Source: Cyanobacteriota bacterium
GTDB taxonomy: Bacteria > Cyanobacteriota > Cyanobacteriia > Thermostichales > Thermostichaceae
Length of the DNA stretch: 64,000 nucleotides
Direction: 5' to 3'
Assembly: GCA_033764955.1 (NCBI GenBank)
Contig: JANRIL010000019.1
Span: 1 to 64,000 of the forward strand
This document shows, in pieces, positions 7,979 through 17,113 of the stretch. The position numbers and the translations under genes were made by a program. The notes below the pieces were generated by a model. It was given only the letters and a program-made list of their open reading frames with translations, made no database searches and was not told where the DNA came from. Numbering within the stretch: position 1 is the first letter of the stretch; each line of letters starts with the position of its first letter.

Positions 7979-8329
7979 ATGCGCTTCCTTGCCAACCAGA
8001 ACTTTCCTCTGGATGCTGTAGAAGCATTAGAACAACAAGAACATGACGTGGTTTGGATTCGCACAAAATCCCCTGGCATTTCCGACCCTGAAATGTTGAG
8101 TCCTGCCCAAGCAGAAGACCGCATCCTCCTGACCTTTGATAAAGATTTTGGTGAACTTGCTTTTTGGGCAAAGCCTCCCTCTTTCAGCCGTATTATTCTG
8201 TTTTGCATTACAGCCCCCTACAGTGCAGCAGTGGCATAAAGGGCAGTAGTGGTGATCACCCTGCGAGATGATTGGGCTGGACATTTCAGCGTCGTCGAAA
8301 ATGACAAAGTTTGGATGAGACTTTTGTAA
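7979..8329 (+). pseudogene. Cassette 9: DUF5615 PIN-like protein with in-frame TAA at 8237-8239
   Basis: MRFLANQNFP...RILLTFDKDFGEL...VA*RAVVVITLRDDWAGHFSVVENDKVWMRLL. Only a few codons (KVYAIPV*) of a possible upstream partner remain. Confidence 0.82.
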
Positions 8330-8373
8330 AGCAAATCTGTTTTTCTCGTCTCTGAGAGGATATTTTAAACCTG

Positions 8374-8470
8374 TGATAGCAACGGCAGCTTACCCCTGCG
8401 TTGGTGTGGACGGAACAGAGGTTATCGGTGGGTGTTCGAGGTTATCTGCCGCTGCGTTTTGCCGTTCTAA
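8374..8470 (+). other. attC9, degenerate
   Basis: TGATAGC (TTATAAC expected)...ggacggaacagaggttatcggtgggtgttcgaggttatctgccgctgcgttttgcc GTTCTAA. Confidence 0.65.
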
Positions 8471-8488
8471 TGCCAAGGCTTAACACTG

Positions 8489-9391
8489 CTATAGCCGCTC
8501 TCCTGTCAACCGCAAAAAGACATCTTCCAAATTAGCGCGGCGACGCAGCAGACGACTGGGCTGAGCTTGCTCCACCTGCCGCACCAAAGCTTGCGGATCC
8601 TGATGGGGTAAAACCAGCACATAGCCCATGCTGAAAGGTCGCCACCAGGTTTTTGCCACCTCGGCTAAAGCTTGCACCTGCTCCACCGCGATCCCCTCTA
8701 CCTCGATCACCTCCTGCCCCACCGTTCTGAAAATCAAATCTTGGGGGGATCCCTGATCCACAATCTGGCCTTGTTGCATCAAGAGTAGACTGTCGCACAG
8801 ACGCTCGGCTTCGTCCATATAGTGGGTGGTCAACAAAACCCCCCGCCCCGCCTGTTTGAGTTGGGTGACGAGCTTCCAAAAATCCTGACGAGCATCGGGA
8901 TCCAGTCCAGTGGTGGGTTCATCCAAAAAGACGATTTTGGGATCGTTGAGCAACGCCCTTGCCAACACCAAACGACGCTTCAATCCCCCCGATAATTCCT
9001 CGATAGCGGCGGTTTCTCGCCCCAACAAATTCATTTGTTCCATCAATTCAGCAATGCGGTGGCGGGCGGCGGATCCCACTAAGCGCGAGTGGCGGGCAAA
9101 GCAAATCAGATTATCCAGAACATTCAAATCGGGATCCAGGTTGTCATCTTGGGTCACCACCCCCATCCAGCGGCGAGCTAGGGATCCCTGCTGTTGTAGG
9201 TCATATTCACCGAGGCGGACATAGCCTTTGCTGGGAATCACCATGCCGTAGAGCATTCCGACGGTTGTGCTTTTGCCCGCTCCATTCGGGCCAAGCAAGC
9301 CCAGAACATAGCCCGGTTCGAGGGTGAGATCGACTCCCCGAACAACAGCTTTGTCTCCATAAGTTTTGTGGAGATCCTTGGCAACTAGCAT
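8489..9391 (-). CDS. ABC transporter ATP-binding protein (NodI/DrrA-like)
   Basis: GPNGAGKST, LSGGLKRR, LDEPTTGLD, C-terminal NLEDVFL. Confidence 0.92.
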   Translation of the reverse strand: MLVAKDLHKTYGDKAVVRGVDLTLEPGYVLGLLGPNGAGKSTTVGMLYGMVIPSKGYVRLGEYDLQQQGSLARRWMGVVTQDDNLDPDLNVLDNLICFARHSRLVGSAARHRIAELMEQMNLLGRETAAIEELSGGLKRRLVLARALLNDPKIVFLDEPTTGLDPDARQDFWKLVTQLKQAGRGVLLTTHYMDEAERLCDSLLLMQQGQIVDQGSPQDLIFRTVGQEVIEVEGIAVEQVQALAEVAKTWWRPFSMGYVLVLPHQDPQALVRQVEQAQPSRLLRRRANLEDVFLRLTGERL

Positions 9392-9499
9392 AGGGTGTTG
9401 AGGAGAAAGGGGGAGAGACAAACCTATTGAGGGCAGCAAAAAATACTCTGCCACAGACACCAGCCCGTGTAGCTACGCACTTCCACAGGGGATCCTGAC

Positions 9500-9970
9500 C
9501 TATGGATGGCTTGGGGCAGGGGATGCTTGCTGATAACGGCGGAGAGCTTGCCGCACTATCGTCAAAAAAGCATAGGCTCGTTGATCGTCGGGGCTAAGCT
9601 GCATGACCCGTTCAAAACATTGCTGGGCTTCCTGTAGACTCTCCACAACCGCTGCGCTGACCCACTCAGCCTCAGGATCGACAAGCTGAGCCTGTTGCAG
9701 GCGCAACGCCCCCAAGTTGTAGTTGGCATTGAGGTGGTGGGGATCCGCTTGCAAAACCTGCCGGAATGCCTGGATCGCCTCCTCCACCTGCCCCAGGGAT
9801 CCCAAGACCCACCCCAAGCGATAGCGGGCTTCCAGATGGTGCGGATCTGCCGCCAGTACCTCTCGCAAAGCCCAGAGGGCGGTTTGCCAATCTCCCGCTT
9901 GGGCGGCGGCTGACGCCAATGAAGAAGGATCGGGGGAAGAATCATGAGAATTTGTTGGCGGTTGAGTCAT
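9500..9970 (-). CDS. Tetratricopeptide repeat protein
   Basis: TPR-like repeats (ARYRLGWVL..GQVEEAIQAFRQVL..DP). Confidence 0.85.
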   Translation of the reverse strand: MTQPPTNSHDSSPDPSSLASAAAQAGDWQTALWALREVLAADPHHLEARYRLGWVLGSLGQVEEAIQAFRQVLQADPHHLNANYNLGALRLQQAQLVDPEAEWVSAAVVESLQEAQQCFERVMQLSPDDQRAYAFLTIVRQALRRYQQASPAPSHP

Positions 9971-10037
9971 AGCGAACTCTCGCGTAGTGTGAGGGGAGGT
10001 ATGGTATTGATTAGCAATTTTTGAGGAATAGCCCACT

Positions 10038-11444
10038 ATGGCAAATCTCACTCCTAACTCTAGCTTTGGTGTGGCAGTCCGGTTACAAGTTGCCAATCAA
10101 CCAGGGATGTTGGCCAAAGTAGCCCAGGCGATTGCTGATGTGGGGGGCAACCTCAATCAAATTGAATTGCTGCAACAGACCCCCACGCTCTCGGAGCGGG
10201 AAATTTTTGTAGATGCCTCTAGCAGCGAACATGCCCAGCACATTGTGCAGTCGATCAAAACGGTGACAGGAGTGCAGGTTTTGCAGGTGCTTGACCGCAC
10301 CTTTGAGCTACATCGGGGTGGCAAACTGCAAATGCTTGGCAAACAACCTTTAGAGTCTGCTTCCGATTTGGCGATGGCCTATACCCCCGGTGTGGGTAGG
10401 GTGTCGATGGCGATTGCCCAGGAACCCGCATTGGTTTATGACTACACCATCAAAAGCAATACGGTGGGAATTGTTACCGATGGCAGTGCTGTTTTGGGGC
10501 TAGGCAATATTGGACCAGAGGCAGCTCTCCCCGTTATGGAAGGGAAAGCGGTTTTGTTTAAGAAATTTGCCGATATAGATGCCTTTCCCATCTGCTTGGC
10601 CACTCAAGATGTTGATCAAATTGTCCAAACGGTGCGACATCTTGCTCCCGTTTTTGGTGGATTTAACTTGGAAGATATCAGCGCACCCCGCTGTTTTACC
10701 ATTGAGGCTCAGCTCAAAAGTCATCTGAAAATGCCGATTTTTCATGATGATCAGCATGGCACCGCTATCGTCGTTTTAGCTGCCCTAATCAACGCCCTAA
10801 AGGTAGTGCAAAAACCCTTAGATCAGGTGCGAATTGTCTTAAATGGAGCGGGAGCAGCGGGCATTGCTGTGATCAATCTGCTGAAGTTAGCAGGAGCCAA
10901 ACACATCATCGCCTGTGACCGCGCAGGCATTATCAGCCATGACCGCCGTGATCTCACCCCCGAAAAAGCGGCGGTGGCCGTCAGCGAAGGGGGATCCCTG
11001 GCGGTAGCGATGGCAGGGAGTGATGTCTTTATTGGGGTAAGCACAAAGGATGTTTTGACCGTTGAGATGGTCAAGAGTATGGCGGCTGATCCGGTAGTGT
11101 TTGCTCTGGCTAACCCGATCCCCGAAATTCAGCCGGAGTTGGTAACGGGGCTGGTGGCGGTGATGGCCACTGGCCGCAGTGACTATGCCAACCAGATCAA
11201 CAACGTCTTGGCCTTTCCGGGGGTGTTTCGCGGTGCCCTCGACTGCCGTGCCACCATGATTACCCCAGAAATGGGTCTGGCTGCCGCCGAAGCGATTGCT
11301 ACCCTGATCTCTCCCTCCGATTTGAGTGCCGAACACATCATTCCCTCGGTTTTTGATAATCGGGTTGTGCCTGCCGTGGCGGGAGCTGTGGAGTTGGCCG
11401 CCCGCGAATCCGGGGTTGCCGGCAAGACTATCATAGGACGCTGA
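10038..11444 (+). CDS. NAD(P)-dependent malic enzyme with N-terminal ACT domain
   Basis: [43 protein letters not shown]. Confidence 0.95.
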   Translation: MANLTPNSSFGVAVRLQVANQPGMLAKVAQAIADVGGNLNQIELLQQTPTLSEREIFVDASSSEHAQHIVQSIKTVTGVQVLQVLDRTFELHRGGKLQMLGKQPLESASDLAMAYTPGVGRVSMAIAQEPALVYDYTIKSNTVGIVTDGSAVLGLGNIGPEAALPVMEGKAVLFKKFADIDAFPICLATQDVDQIVQTVRHLAPVFGGFNLEDISAPRCFTIEAQLKSHLKMPIFHDDQHGTAIVVLAALINALKVVQKPLDQVRIVLNGAGAAGIAVINLLKLAGAKHIIACDRAGIISHDRRDLTPEKAAVAVSEGGSLAVAMAGSDVFIGVSTKDVLTVEMVKSMAADPVVFALANPIPEIQPELVTGLVAVMATGRSDYANQINNVLAFPGVFRGALDCRATMITPEMGLAAAEAIATLISPSDLSAEHIIPSVFDNRVVPAVAGAVELAARESGVAGKTIIGR

Positions 11445-11480
11445 ATCCTGGCTTTGTGAATCGAGATATTTAGGGATCCT

Positions 11481-12659
11481 TCAGGGATACTGTTGTTTGG
11501 CCTGCTGCCAAAGGGCTTCCAGTTGCGCCAGTGTATGGTGTTTCAGCCAGTCGGGATCCCTAGCCGCTTCCCCTAGAGTAGACTCCATATGACCCAGCCG
11601 CCGGGCAAAGCGGCTATTAGTGGTTTGCAAGGCTTGGCTGGCATCAAGCTCGTACCAGCGCCCCAGATTGACCAAAGTAAACAGCAAATCCCCCAGTTCC
11701 GCTAACTGATGGCGGCGAACCTCTGCCCGCTCCGCCTCCGCCAGTCCACTCAGATCGCGGGCAAGTGCCGCCCGTAGCTCCGCCTCTTCTTCCGCCACTT
11801 TCTGCCAAACTCCCTCCACATCCGGCCACTCAAAGCCCGCCCTGGCTACTTTTTGGGAAATTTTTAGGCAGGCCATTAAGGGGGGGAGGGTTTCGGCGTA
11901 GTGCAACAGTTTTTGAGCCAGAGTTTGCTGAGGGTGTTCGGCTTGTTTGATCTGATCCCAGGTGTGGTGGATCGCCTGCATGGGCAAGGGATCCCCAGCG
12001 TTGGAATCCGCCATCGCAAAAACATGGGGGTGGCGGCGGATCAGTTTATCCGCAATTCCTTTAGCTACTGTTTCTAGGTCAAAAGTTTGGCTCTCGCTAA
12101 AAATCTGCGACTGGAGCACTACTTGCAGGAGCAGATCCCCCAGTTCTTCGGCAATAGCAGAGGGATCCCCCCCCCGAATGGCGGCTACGGTTTCGTAGGC
12201 TTCTTCCAGAATGTAGGGAGTTAGGGAGTCGGGGGTTTGGGCGCGATCCCAAGGACAGCCGTCCGGTCCGCGCAGGTGGGCTACCACTTCATGCAAGCGC
12301 TGCATTTCCCCCTGAAGGGGGGGAGGCAGATAAAGCTGAACCCATTCCGTTGGATTAGCCTGATCTATGTCCGTGGGGTGAGTCCATCCATCCAGCCAAG
12401 TGTCTAGCCGACCCTTCTGAATCAGGATCGATCCGGTTGAGGCAAAGAGGGTAACGGAATGGTGAGCCGGATAATGATCCAACAAAACCTGCCTTAGGGT
12501 TGCCGACAAGCTGCTGGGGTGATCCTCAGGAACGGTTAGGGATCCCAGGCTGGGTCGGGATAGGTTTTGGATCAGGAGAGCGGCTTGGGGAGCATCGCGA
12601 CGTTTGCGGGCAATCTGCTCAGCCCAATCGTTGGCTTGACCATCCACAATCTGCAACAT
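11481..12659 (-). CDS. mazG: Nucleoside triphosphate pyrophosphohydrolase MazG with N-terminal extension
   Basis: LRGPDGCPWDRAQT, EELGDLLLQV, KLIRRHPHVF, and a second ELGDLLF. Confidence 0.93.
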   Translation of the reverse strand: MLQIVDGQANDWAEQIARKRRDAPQAALLIQNLSRPSLGSLTVPEDHPSSLSATLRQVLLDHYPAHHSVTLFASTGSILIQKGRLDTWLDGWTHPTDIDQANPTEWVQLYLPPPLQGEMQRLHEVVAHLRGPDGCPWDRAQTPDSLTPYILEEAYETVAAIRGGDPSAIAEELGDLLLQVVLQSQIFSESQTFDLETVAKGIADKLIRRHPHVFAMADSNAGDPLPMQAIHHTWDQIKQAEHPQQTLAQKLLHYAETLPPLMACLKISQKVARAGFEWPDVEGVWQKVAEEEAELRAALARDLSGLAEAERAEVRRHQLAELGDLLFTLVNLGRWYELDASQALQTTNSRFARRLGHMESTLGEAARDPDWLKHHTLAQLEALWQQAKQQYP

Positions 12660-12662
12660 GGT

Positions 12663-12863
12663 CTAGGTTCCCAAGGCTCCATACAGATTCAGTAAGCCAG
12701 ACAACTGTTGCAGATCGATAAAACTCAGTTCCAGCAGGATCATCAACAACGGCCCCTGTTGACGGCGTTGCAGCTTTTTGGCGAGGTTTAGCTGAGGCAT
12801 ATCCACAATTCCGGCTTCTAGCAGGTATTGCTCAAGGGTGGGTGGGGGCATCGGGTCTACCAT
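12663..12863 (-). CDS. DUF2949-like small cyanobacterial protein
   Basis: LEQYLL...LAKKLQ...GPLLMILLELSFIDLQQL. Confidence 0.7.
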   Translation of the reverse strand: MVDPMPPPTLEQYLLEAGIVDMPQLNLAKKLQRRQQGPLLMILLELSFIDLQQLSGLLNLYGALGT

Positions 12864-12939
12864 GGGATTTCCTATCAAGTGGGTGGGTTGGCTAGAGACT
12901 TCTCATGAATTCGAGACAAATCTGAGAGAATCATAGGCT

Positions 12940-12957
12940 ATTGTAAACATTCTTAAC
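12940..12957 (-). promoter_or_regulatory. Possible HLR1 (RpaB) motif
   Basis: Minus strand GTTAAGAA-TG-TTTACAAT, an 8-2-8 direct repeat upstream of the DUF2949 gene. Confidence 0.35.
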
Positions 12958-13366
12958 ATTGTCGCAACGAATCAGCAAAGACCCAATCGAATGAAGAGTC
13001 AGGGAAGATTCGGGAGCAGTTCTGTAGTTCAGGGCAAGAGAGCCTAACATAAACCCTGAGCAAGTGTCAAATGATCACCTGCTCAGCTAAGGTTATACTC
13101 GCTACCGATATTGGCGTCATCATAGTTGGTTCATAAAAAGAATCTCTTCCGCAAAGATACGGGGTTTCAGGAAAGTTCAGAAAACGTAGTAAATCCTCTC
13201 TCCCCAGAGGGATCCCGGCGGCTTCCAGTGCCATCGCACCTAACGACGGCAAGAACTTCTATAAGGATTTCTGGATTGAGGAGAATTGGTTGAGGGGGAT
13301 GCTGGGGATGGCTTAGGATTGATGCTCTTGATGTTTGCTTTTTGGGTTCCGCTAGCCATCTTCCTT

Positions 13367-14884
13367 ATGTCTGACACTCTCTTCGCCAAAACCAGTCGAA
13401 CCGAACACCGCCTGATTCTGCCCCAACAAGAAATTGCCTACACCGCGATCGCTGGTTGGCAACCCCTCTATGAGTCTGAGAAGCCGATTGCCCAGATGTT
13501 CCATGTTGCCTATCTCACCCAACCCCAAGCATCTCAGGGGAGTAGTGAGCGACCCATCACCTTTGTTTTTAATGGAGGGCCAGGAGCCGCCGCTGCCTAT
13601 TTGCACATGGGATCCCTTGGCCCGAAGCGGGTTGCCTTTGGTCAGAATGGCAGTCTACCCAAGCCGCCGACACGGGTTGTGGACAACCCAGAGAGCTGGT
13701 TGAGTTTCACCGATTTGGTGTTTATCGACCCAATTGGCACAGGCTTCAGCCGTTATTCCCCAGAAAAAAAAGAATCCAAACCTACCCCTGAGGGAACCCC
13801 CAGCGACAAAAGTTCCCCCGATAGCGCCGAGCCGGAGCCAGCAAAGGTTTTCTGGGAAGTGGAGCGGGATATCAAGTCGCTGGGGGAATTTATCCAGAGA
13901 TTTTTGTCTCGTCATCAGCGATGGCTATCCCCTGTTTTCATCGCCGGAGAAAGTTATGGAGGATTTCGGGTAGCTAAATTAGCTCGCCACCTGCAGCAAG
14001 GCTATGGGGTGGGGCTTTCGGGAGCTATCTTAATTTCACCTGCCATTGAGTTCAGCCTGTTATATGGCAATGACTATAATTTGACCGCTTGGGCCAGTTT
14101 AATTCCCTCTTTTGCGGCCACAGCCCGCCACCACGGTCGTGCCCACCCCGACTTGTCTGCTCAGCCGCTAGCCGATTTTCTAGGGGCTGCCGAGCAGTTT
14201 GCTCAGAAAATCTTGATTCCCTTTTTAGCGCTGGGGGGTCGGGTGGAGGATGGAGAGCGGCAGGTGGTTTTTCAGCAGCTATCCCGCTGGATTGGACTTC
14301 CCCCTTCTGTGATTGAACGCCATGACGGACGTATCACCATCGAGGTTTTTGCCCGAGAATTGTTGCGCGATCAACGGCGGATTGTCGGTCTGTATGATGG
14401 ATCCATGACGGCCATTGATCCCTTCCCCGATCGCCTCACCTATGGAGGAGCGGATCCCACCCTAGATGGGATTGATCGTCTATTCACGGCGGCAATTAAC
14501 AGTCATTTACGACAGACGTTGCAGGTAGAGACGGATCTGACCTACCACTTGTTAAATGAAGAGGTTTTCAAAGCCTGGAAATTTAACTCAGAAGGTGAGC
14601 TTAAGCAAGGATATCTGGGATCCCTAGACGATCTGCGGATTGGGATGAGCCTCAATCCCTATATGCAGGTGGTTGTTTCCCACGGTATTTATGATTTGGT
14701 GACGGCTTATTTCGGATCTAATTATTTAGCAACCCTGATGAAGCTAGCTCCCGAACTACGACCCAACCTAACTCTCAAACACTATTTAGGCGGCCACATG
14801 TTTTATAGCTGGGATGACTCTCGGCAAGCTTGGTTTTCAGATATGCGTGAGCTTTACCAGAGAGTTTTATGTGAGCAGATATAA
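13367..14884 (+). CDS. Peptidase S10 (serine carboxypeptidase-like)
   Basis: FNGGPGAA, FIDPIGTGFS, GESYGG nucleophile, GGHMFY. Confidence 0.92.
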   Translation: MSDTLFAKTSRTEHRLILPQQEIAYTAIAGWQPLYESEKPIAQMFHVAYLTQPQASQGSSERPITFVFNGGPGAAAAYLHMGSLGPKRVAFGQNGSLPKPPTRVVDNPESWLSFTDLVFIDPIGTGFSRYSPEKKESKPTPEGTPSDKSSPDSAEPEPAKVFWEVERDIKSLGEFIQRFLSRHQRWLSPVFIAGESYGGFRVAKLARHLQQGYGVGLSGAILISPAIEFSLLYGNDYNLTAWASLIPSFAATARHHGRAHPDLSAQPLADFLGAAEQFAQKILIPFLALGGRVEDGERQVVFQQLSRWIGLPPSVIERHDGRITIEVFARELLRDQRRIVGLYDGSMTAIDPFPDRLTYGGADPTLDGIDRLFTAAINSHLRQTLQVETDLTYHLLNEEVFKAWKFNSEGELKQGYLGSLDDLRIGMSLNPYMQVVVSHGIYDLVTAYFGSNYLATLMKLAPELRPNLTLKHYLGGHMFYSWDDSRQAWFSDMRELYQRVLCEQI

Positions 14885-15098
14885 TGTGCATGGATATACA
14901 GCAGATTGTCGATCAAGGAAGTACAGCGACAATGCCTGTAATCCACTCCTGTCAGCATTTCCCAGTTTTGATTTGCGATTACTTCAAAAGTGATACGCTG
15001 TAAGGGGTAAAACTCTTCGATGGCTTTTTTATTGTTAAGTCAAGATTAGATTTCTCAGGCAAAAATATTTATCATAAGAAGCTTGTCAAAATATTTTT

Positions 15099-16127
15099 AT
15101 GAGAGTGAGCATAATGAGAAAGTATTTTCGGAAACCTCAAGAATTAGGCACATGCCTATCAATTACTTATGGCAAGCTAATATCTAAAAAAGTCTTATTC
15201 TATTTGCTAGCGTTAATTATGTTGGTTGTAATATTAGATCTGTTGCTCGGAAAGTGGGGAGAAAATAGACTGCCTATTTCAGTAATCAAAAACAATTTTT
15301 TAAGATCAACGGCAAATATAGTGTTTATGGGTGATGGGCGAATGGCTTCAGCTATCGACCTCTCAATCATCGAAAAAGAAATCAACAGCATCTTACCAAA
15401 AGAAAATGATCTTACATTTTACAACCTGGCAGTGGGAAGTACTCCCATTGGAGTACATTACTTTTTGATTCGAGACTCTCTCCAAATGAAAGAGGAAAAA
15501 CCTAATTTAATCATATATGGATTTCAAGATAATGAGTTAACAGAAATAGAGTTTAAGGATGACTGGAACTTAAATCTGGTTTCAGGCTTGGAAGATATTC
15601 CTACACTCATTCAAATATCAGACTGGTCATTCAATCATATTGTGGATTTTTCCCTAAAAGAATTTAGTCATTTATATCGATACAGACAAAAGATAAGCGA
15701 TTCAATTTCAAAGCTATATGATAGAAATACACTGAGCAAGTCTATCCTCAAGGAGCAGAGTAATTTATATCAAAACTTTTATTCTGAAGCAGATAAATGG
15801 GTTTTCAAACCTGACAAATCTTATCTAAGTGAGTTGGTTGAGTTTTCTAACAAAAATGATATAAAGATTTTGCTGGTTGAAATGCCAATGTCTAATCTGC
15901 AAAATCAATTTGCGGAAGATAGCCATCCTCGAAAAACCTATTTTACTAGCTTAGGAAAATATCTTAGTGCCAATCAAATATCATTATTTAGTTTCCGAAA
16001 TTCTTTAGATGACCGATTTCTTCCTGATGCCATTCATCTCTCACCAGAGGGTGCAAAAGCTTTTAGCGAGCAAATTTCACGACAGGTGATTATGGACAAC
16101 ATCCCCACTGTTGACGTTGATTATTGA
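15099..16127 (+). CDS. SGNH-like / DUF1574-like membrane-anchored protein (AT-rich)
   Basis: TM helix, IVFMGDGR, YNLAVGS, VEMP, DAIHLSPEGAKAFS. Confidence 0.65.
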   Translation: MRVSIMRKYFRKPQELGTCLSITYGKLISKKVLFYLLALIMLVVILDLLLGKWGENRLPISVIKNNFLRSTANIVFMGDGRMASAIDLSIIEKEINSILPKENDLTFYNLAVGSTPIGVHYFLIRDSLQMKEEKPNLIIYGFQDNELTEIEFKDDWNLNLVSGLEDIPTLIQISDWSFNHIVDFSLKEFSHLYRYRQKISDSISKLYDRNTLSKSILKEQSNLYQNFYSEADKWVFKPDKSYLSELVEFSNKNDIKILLVEMPMSNLQNQFAEDSHPRKTYFTSLGKYLSANQISLFSFRNSLDDRFLPDAIHLSPEGAKAFSEQISRQVIMDNIPTVDVDY

Positions 16128-16147
16128 TAGATCTAGCTAAGCTTGGG

Positions 16148-16954
16148 CTAACTCTCCAAGATCGATTGGGCGGGATCCCCATCTGGGGAGAGAGGAAGAT
16201 CTAGAGTCTCCAGCGCACTTTCAGAAGAAGCCTTTTCTGGTTCAATGGTGGGCTGAGCCGATGGGGATGAGGGATTGCGCTGTGAGAAGCCCCAGATAAA
16301 TAAGCTCATCACTGCCGAGATCAACAGCCACTCTGGAATTTCTAGGCGACCTGGCAAGATCACATCCAGCAGCATCTCTCCCCCCACCAGGGCAATGATC
16401 AGGTAAGCGGCATCTTCTAGACGACCAAACTCATCCAACCAGCGCAAAAAGACAGAGGCCATGTAGCGCATGACCGTGATGCCGATAATGCCCCCCAAAA
16501 TGATCACCCATGTTTTTCGGGAGACCGCTACCGAGGCCGCAATACTGTCAAAAGAAAAGACCAGATCGGTTAATTCCACCAACACTAACGTCTGCCAAAA
16601 ATTGGCATTGCCCGGGATCCGTTCCGCTTCATCTCCATCGGATGGAAGAAAGTGTTGCCAAGATAGCCAAAGCAAATAGGCTGCTCCCACTAGCCGTGCC
16701 GGTTGATATTCCACCAGCCAAACGGCAGCCAAAACAATCACAATCCGAAACCCATAAGCCCCCACCATGCCCCAACGTAGAGCACGATTTTGTTGTAGAG
16801 GAGTGGGTAGATGCTTCACCAAAGCCGCCAATGCTACCGCATTATCAGCGGACAAAGCAGCCTCCATTAACACTAAAGCAACTACGAGACCGAGATCTGT
16901 CCAAGTCAAAGACTGTAAAAAGGTTTGAACAACCGTCAACCAAGAATAGTCCAT
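16148..16954 (-). CDS. TerC family membrane protein
   Basis: LMEAALSADNAVALA, VELTDLVFSFDSI. Confidence 0.92.
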   Translation of the reverse strand: MDYSWLTVVQTFLQSLTWTDLGLVVALVLMEAALSADNAVALAALVKHLPTPLQQNRALRWGMVGAYGFRIVIVLAAVWLVEYQPARLVGAAYLLWLSWQHFLPSDGDEAERIPGNANFWQTLVLVELTDLVFSFDSIAASVAVSRKTWVIILGGIIGITVMRYMASVFLRWLDEFGRLEDAAYLIIALVGGEMLLDVILPGRLEIPEWLLISAVMSLFIWGFSQRNPSSPSAQPTIEPEKASSESALETLDLPLSPDGDPAQSILES

Positions 16955-17113
16955 GGATCCTTAAAATCGAGAGGGGATGACAAGACGACAACAACCGAGA
17001 TTTAGACTAGCCAAAATCCTCAGTTTAGGGAATTATTACCATCGGTGAGCTAACCCTAGCATCTTCTGGAGAGGTTTACATCTCTTCATCTTGCTTAATC
17101 ATCAATAGAGAAT

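Larger units (their letters stand above)
16..8470. mobile_element. Complete chromosomal integron: intI, attI and an array of ~10 cassettes
   Basis: Integron integrase divergent from a run of same-strand short ORFs, each followed by an RYYYAAC-like...GTT-bounded imperfect inverted repeat. The R'' of most attC sites is complementary to the GTT core that opens the same cassette. Confidence 0.95.

Noticed and set aside
1694..8470. Recurring ~87-bp repeats read as a CRISPR array or REP elements
   Set aside because: They are separated by whole genes, are imperfect inverted repeats with AAC/GTT ends, and sit beside intI. They are attC sites, and no cas genes are present.
13067..13252. 61-aa minus-strand ORF in the intergenic gap
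   Set aside because: No recognisable motif or ribosome-binding site, so it cannot be supported.
16960..17110. yybP-ykoY manganese riboswitch upstream of the TerC gene
   Set aside because: The expected GGGGAGUAGC-type core was not found on the minus strand.
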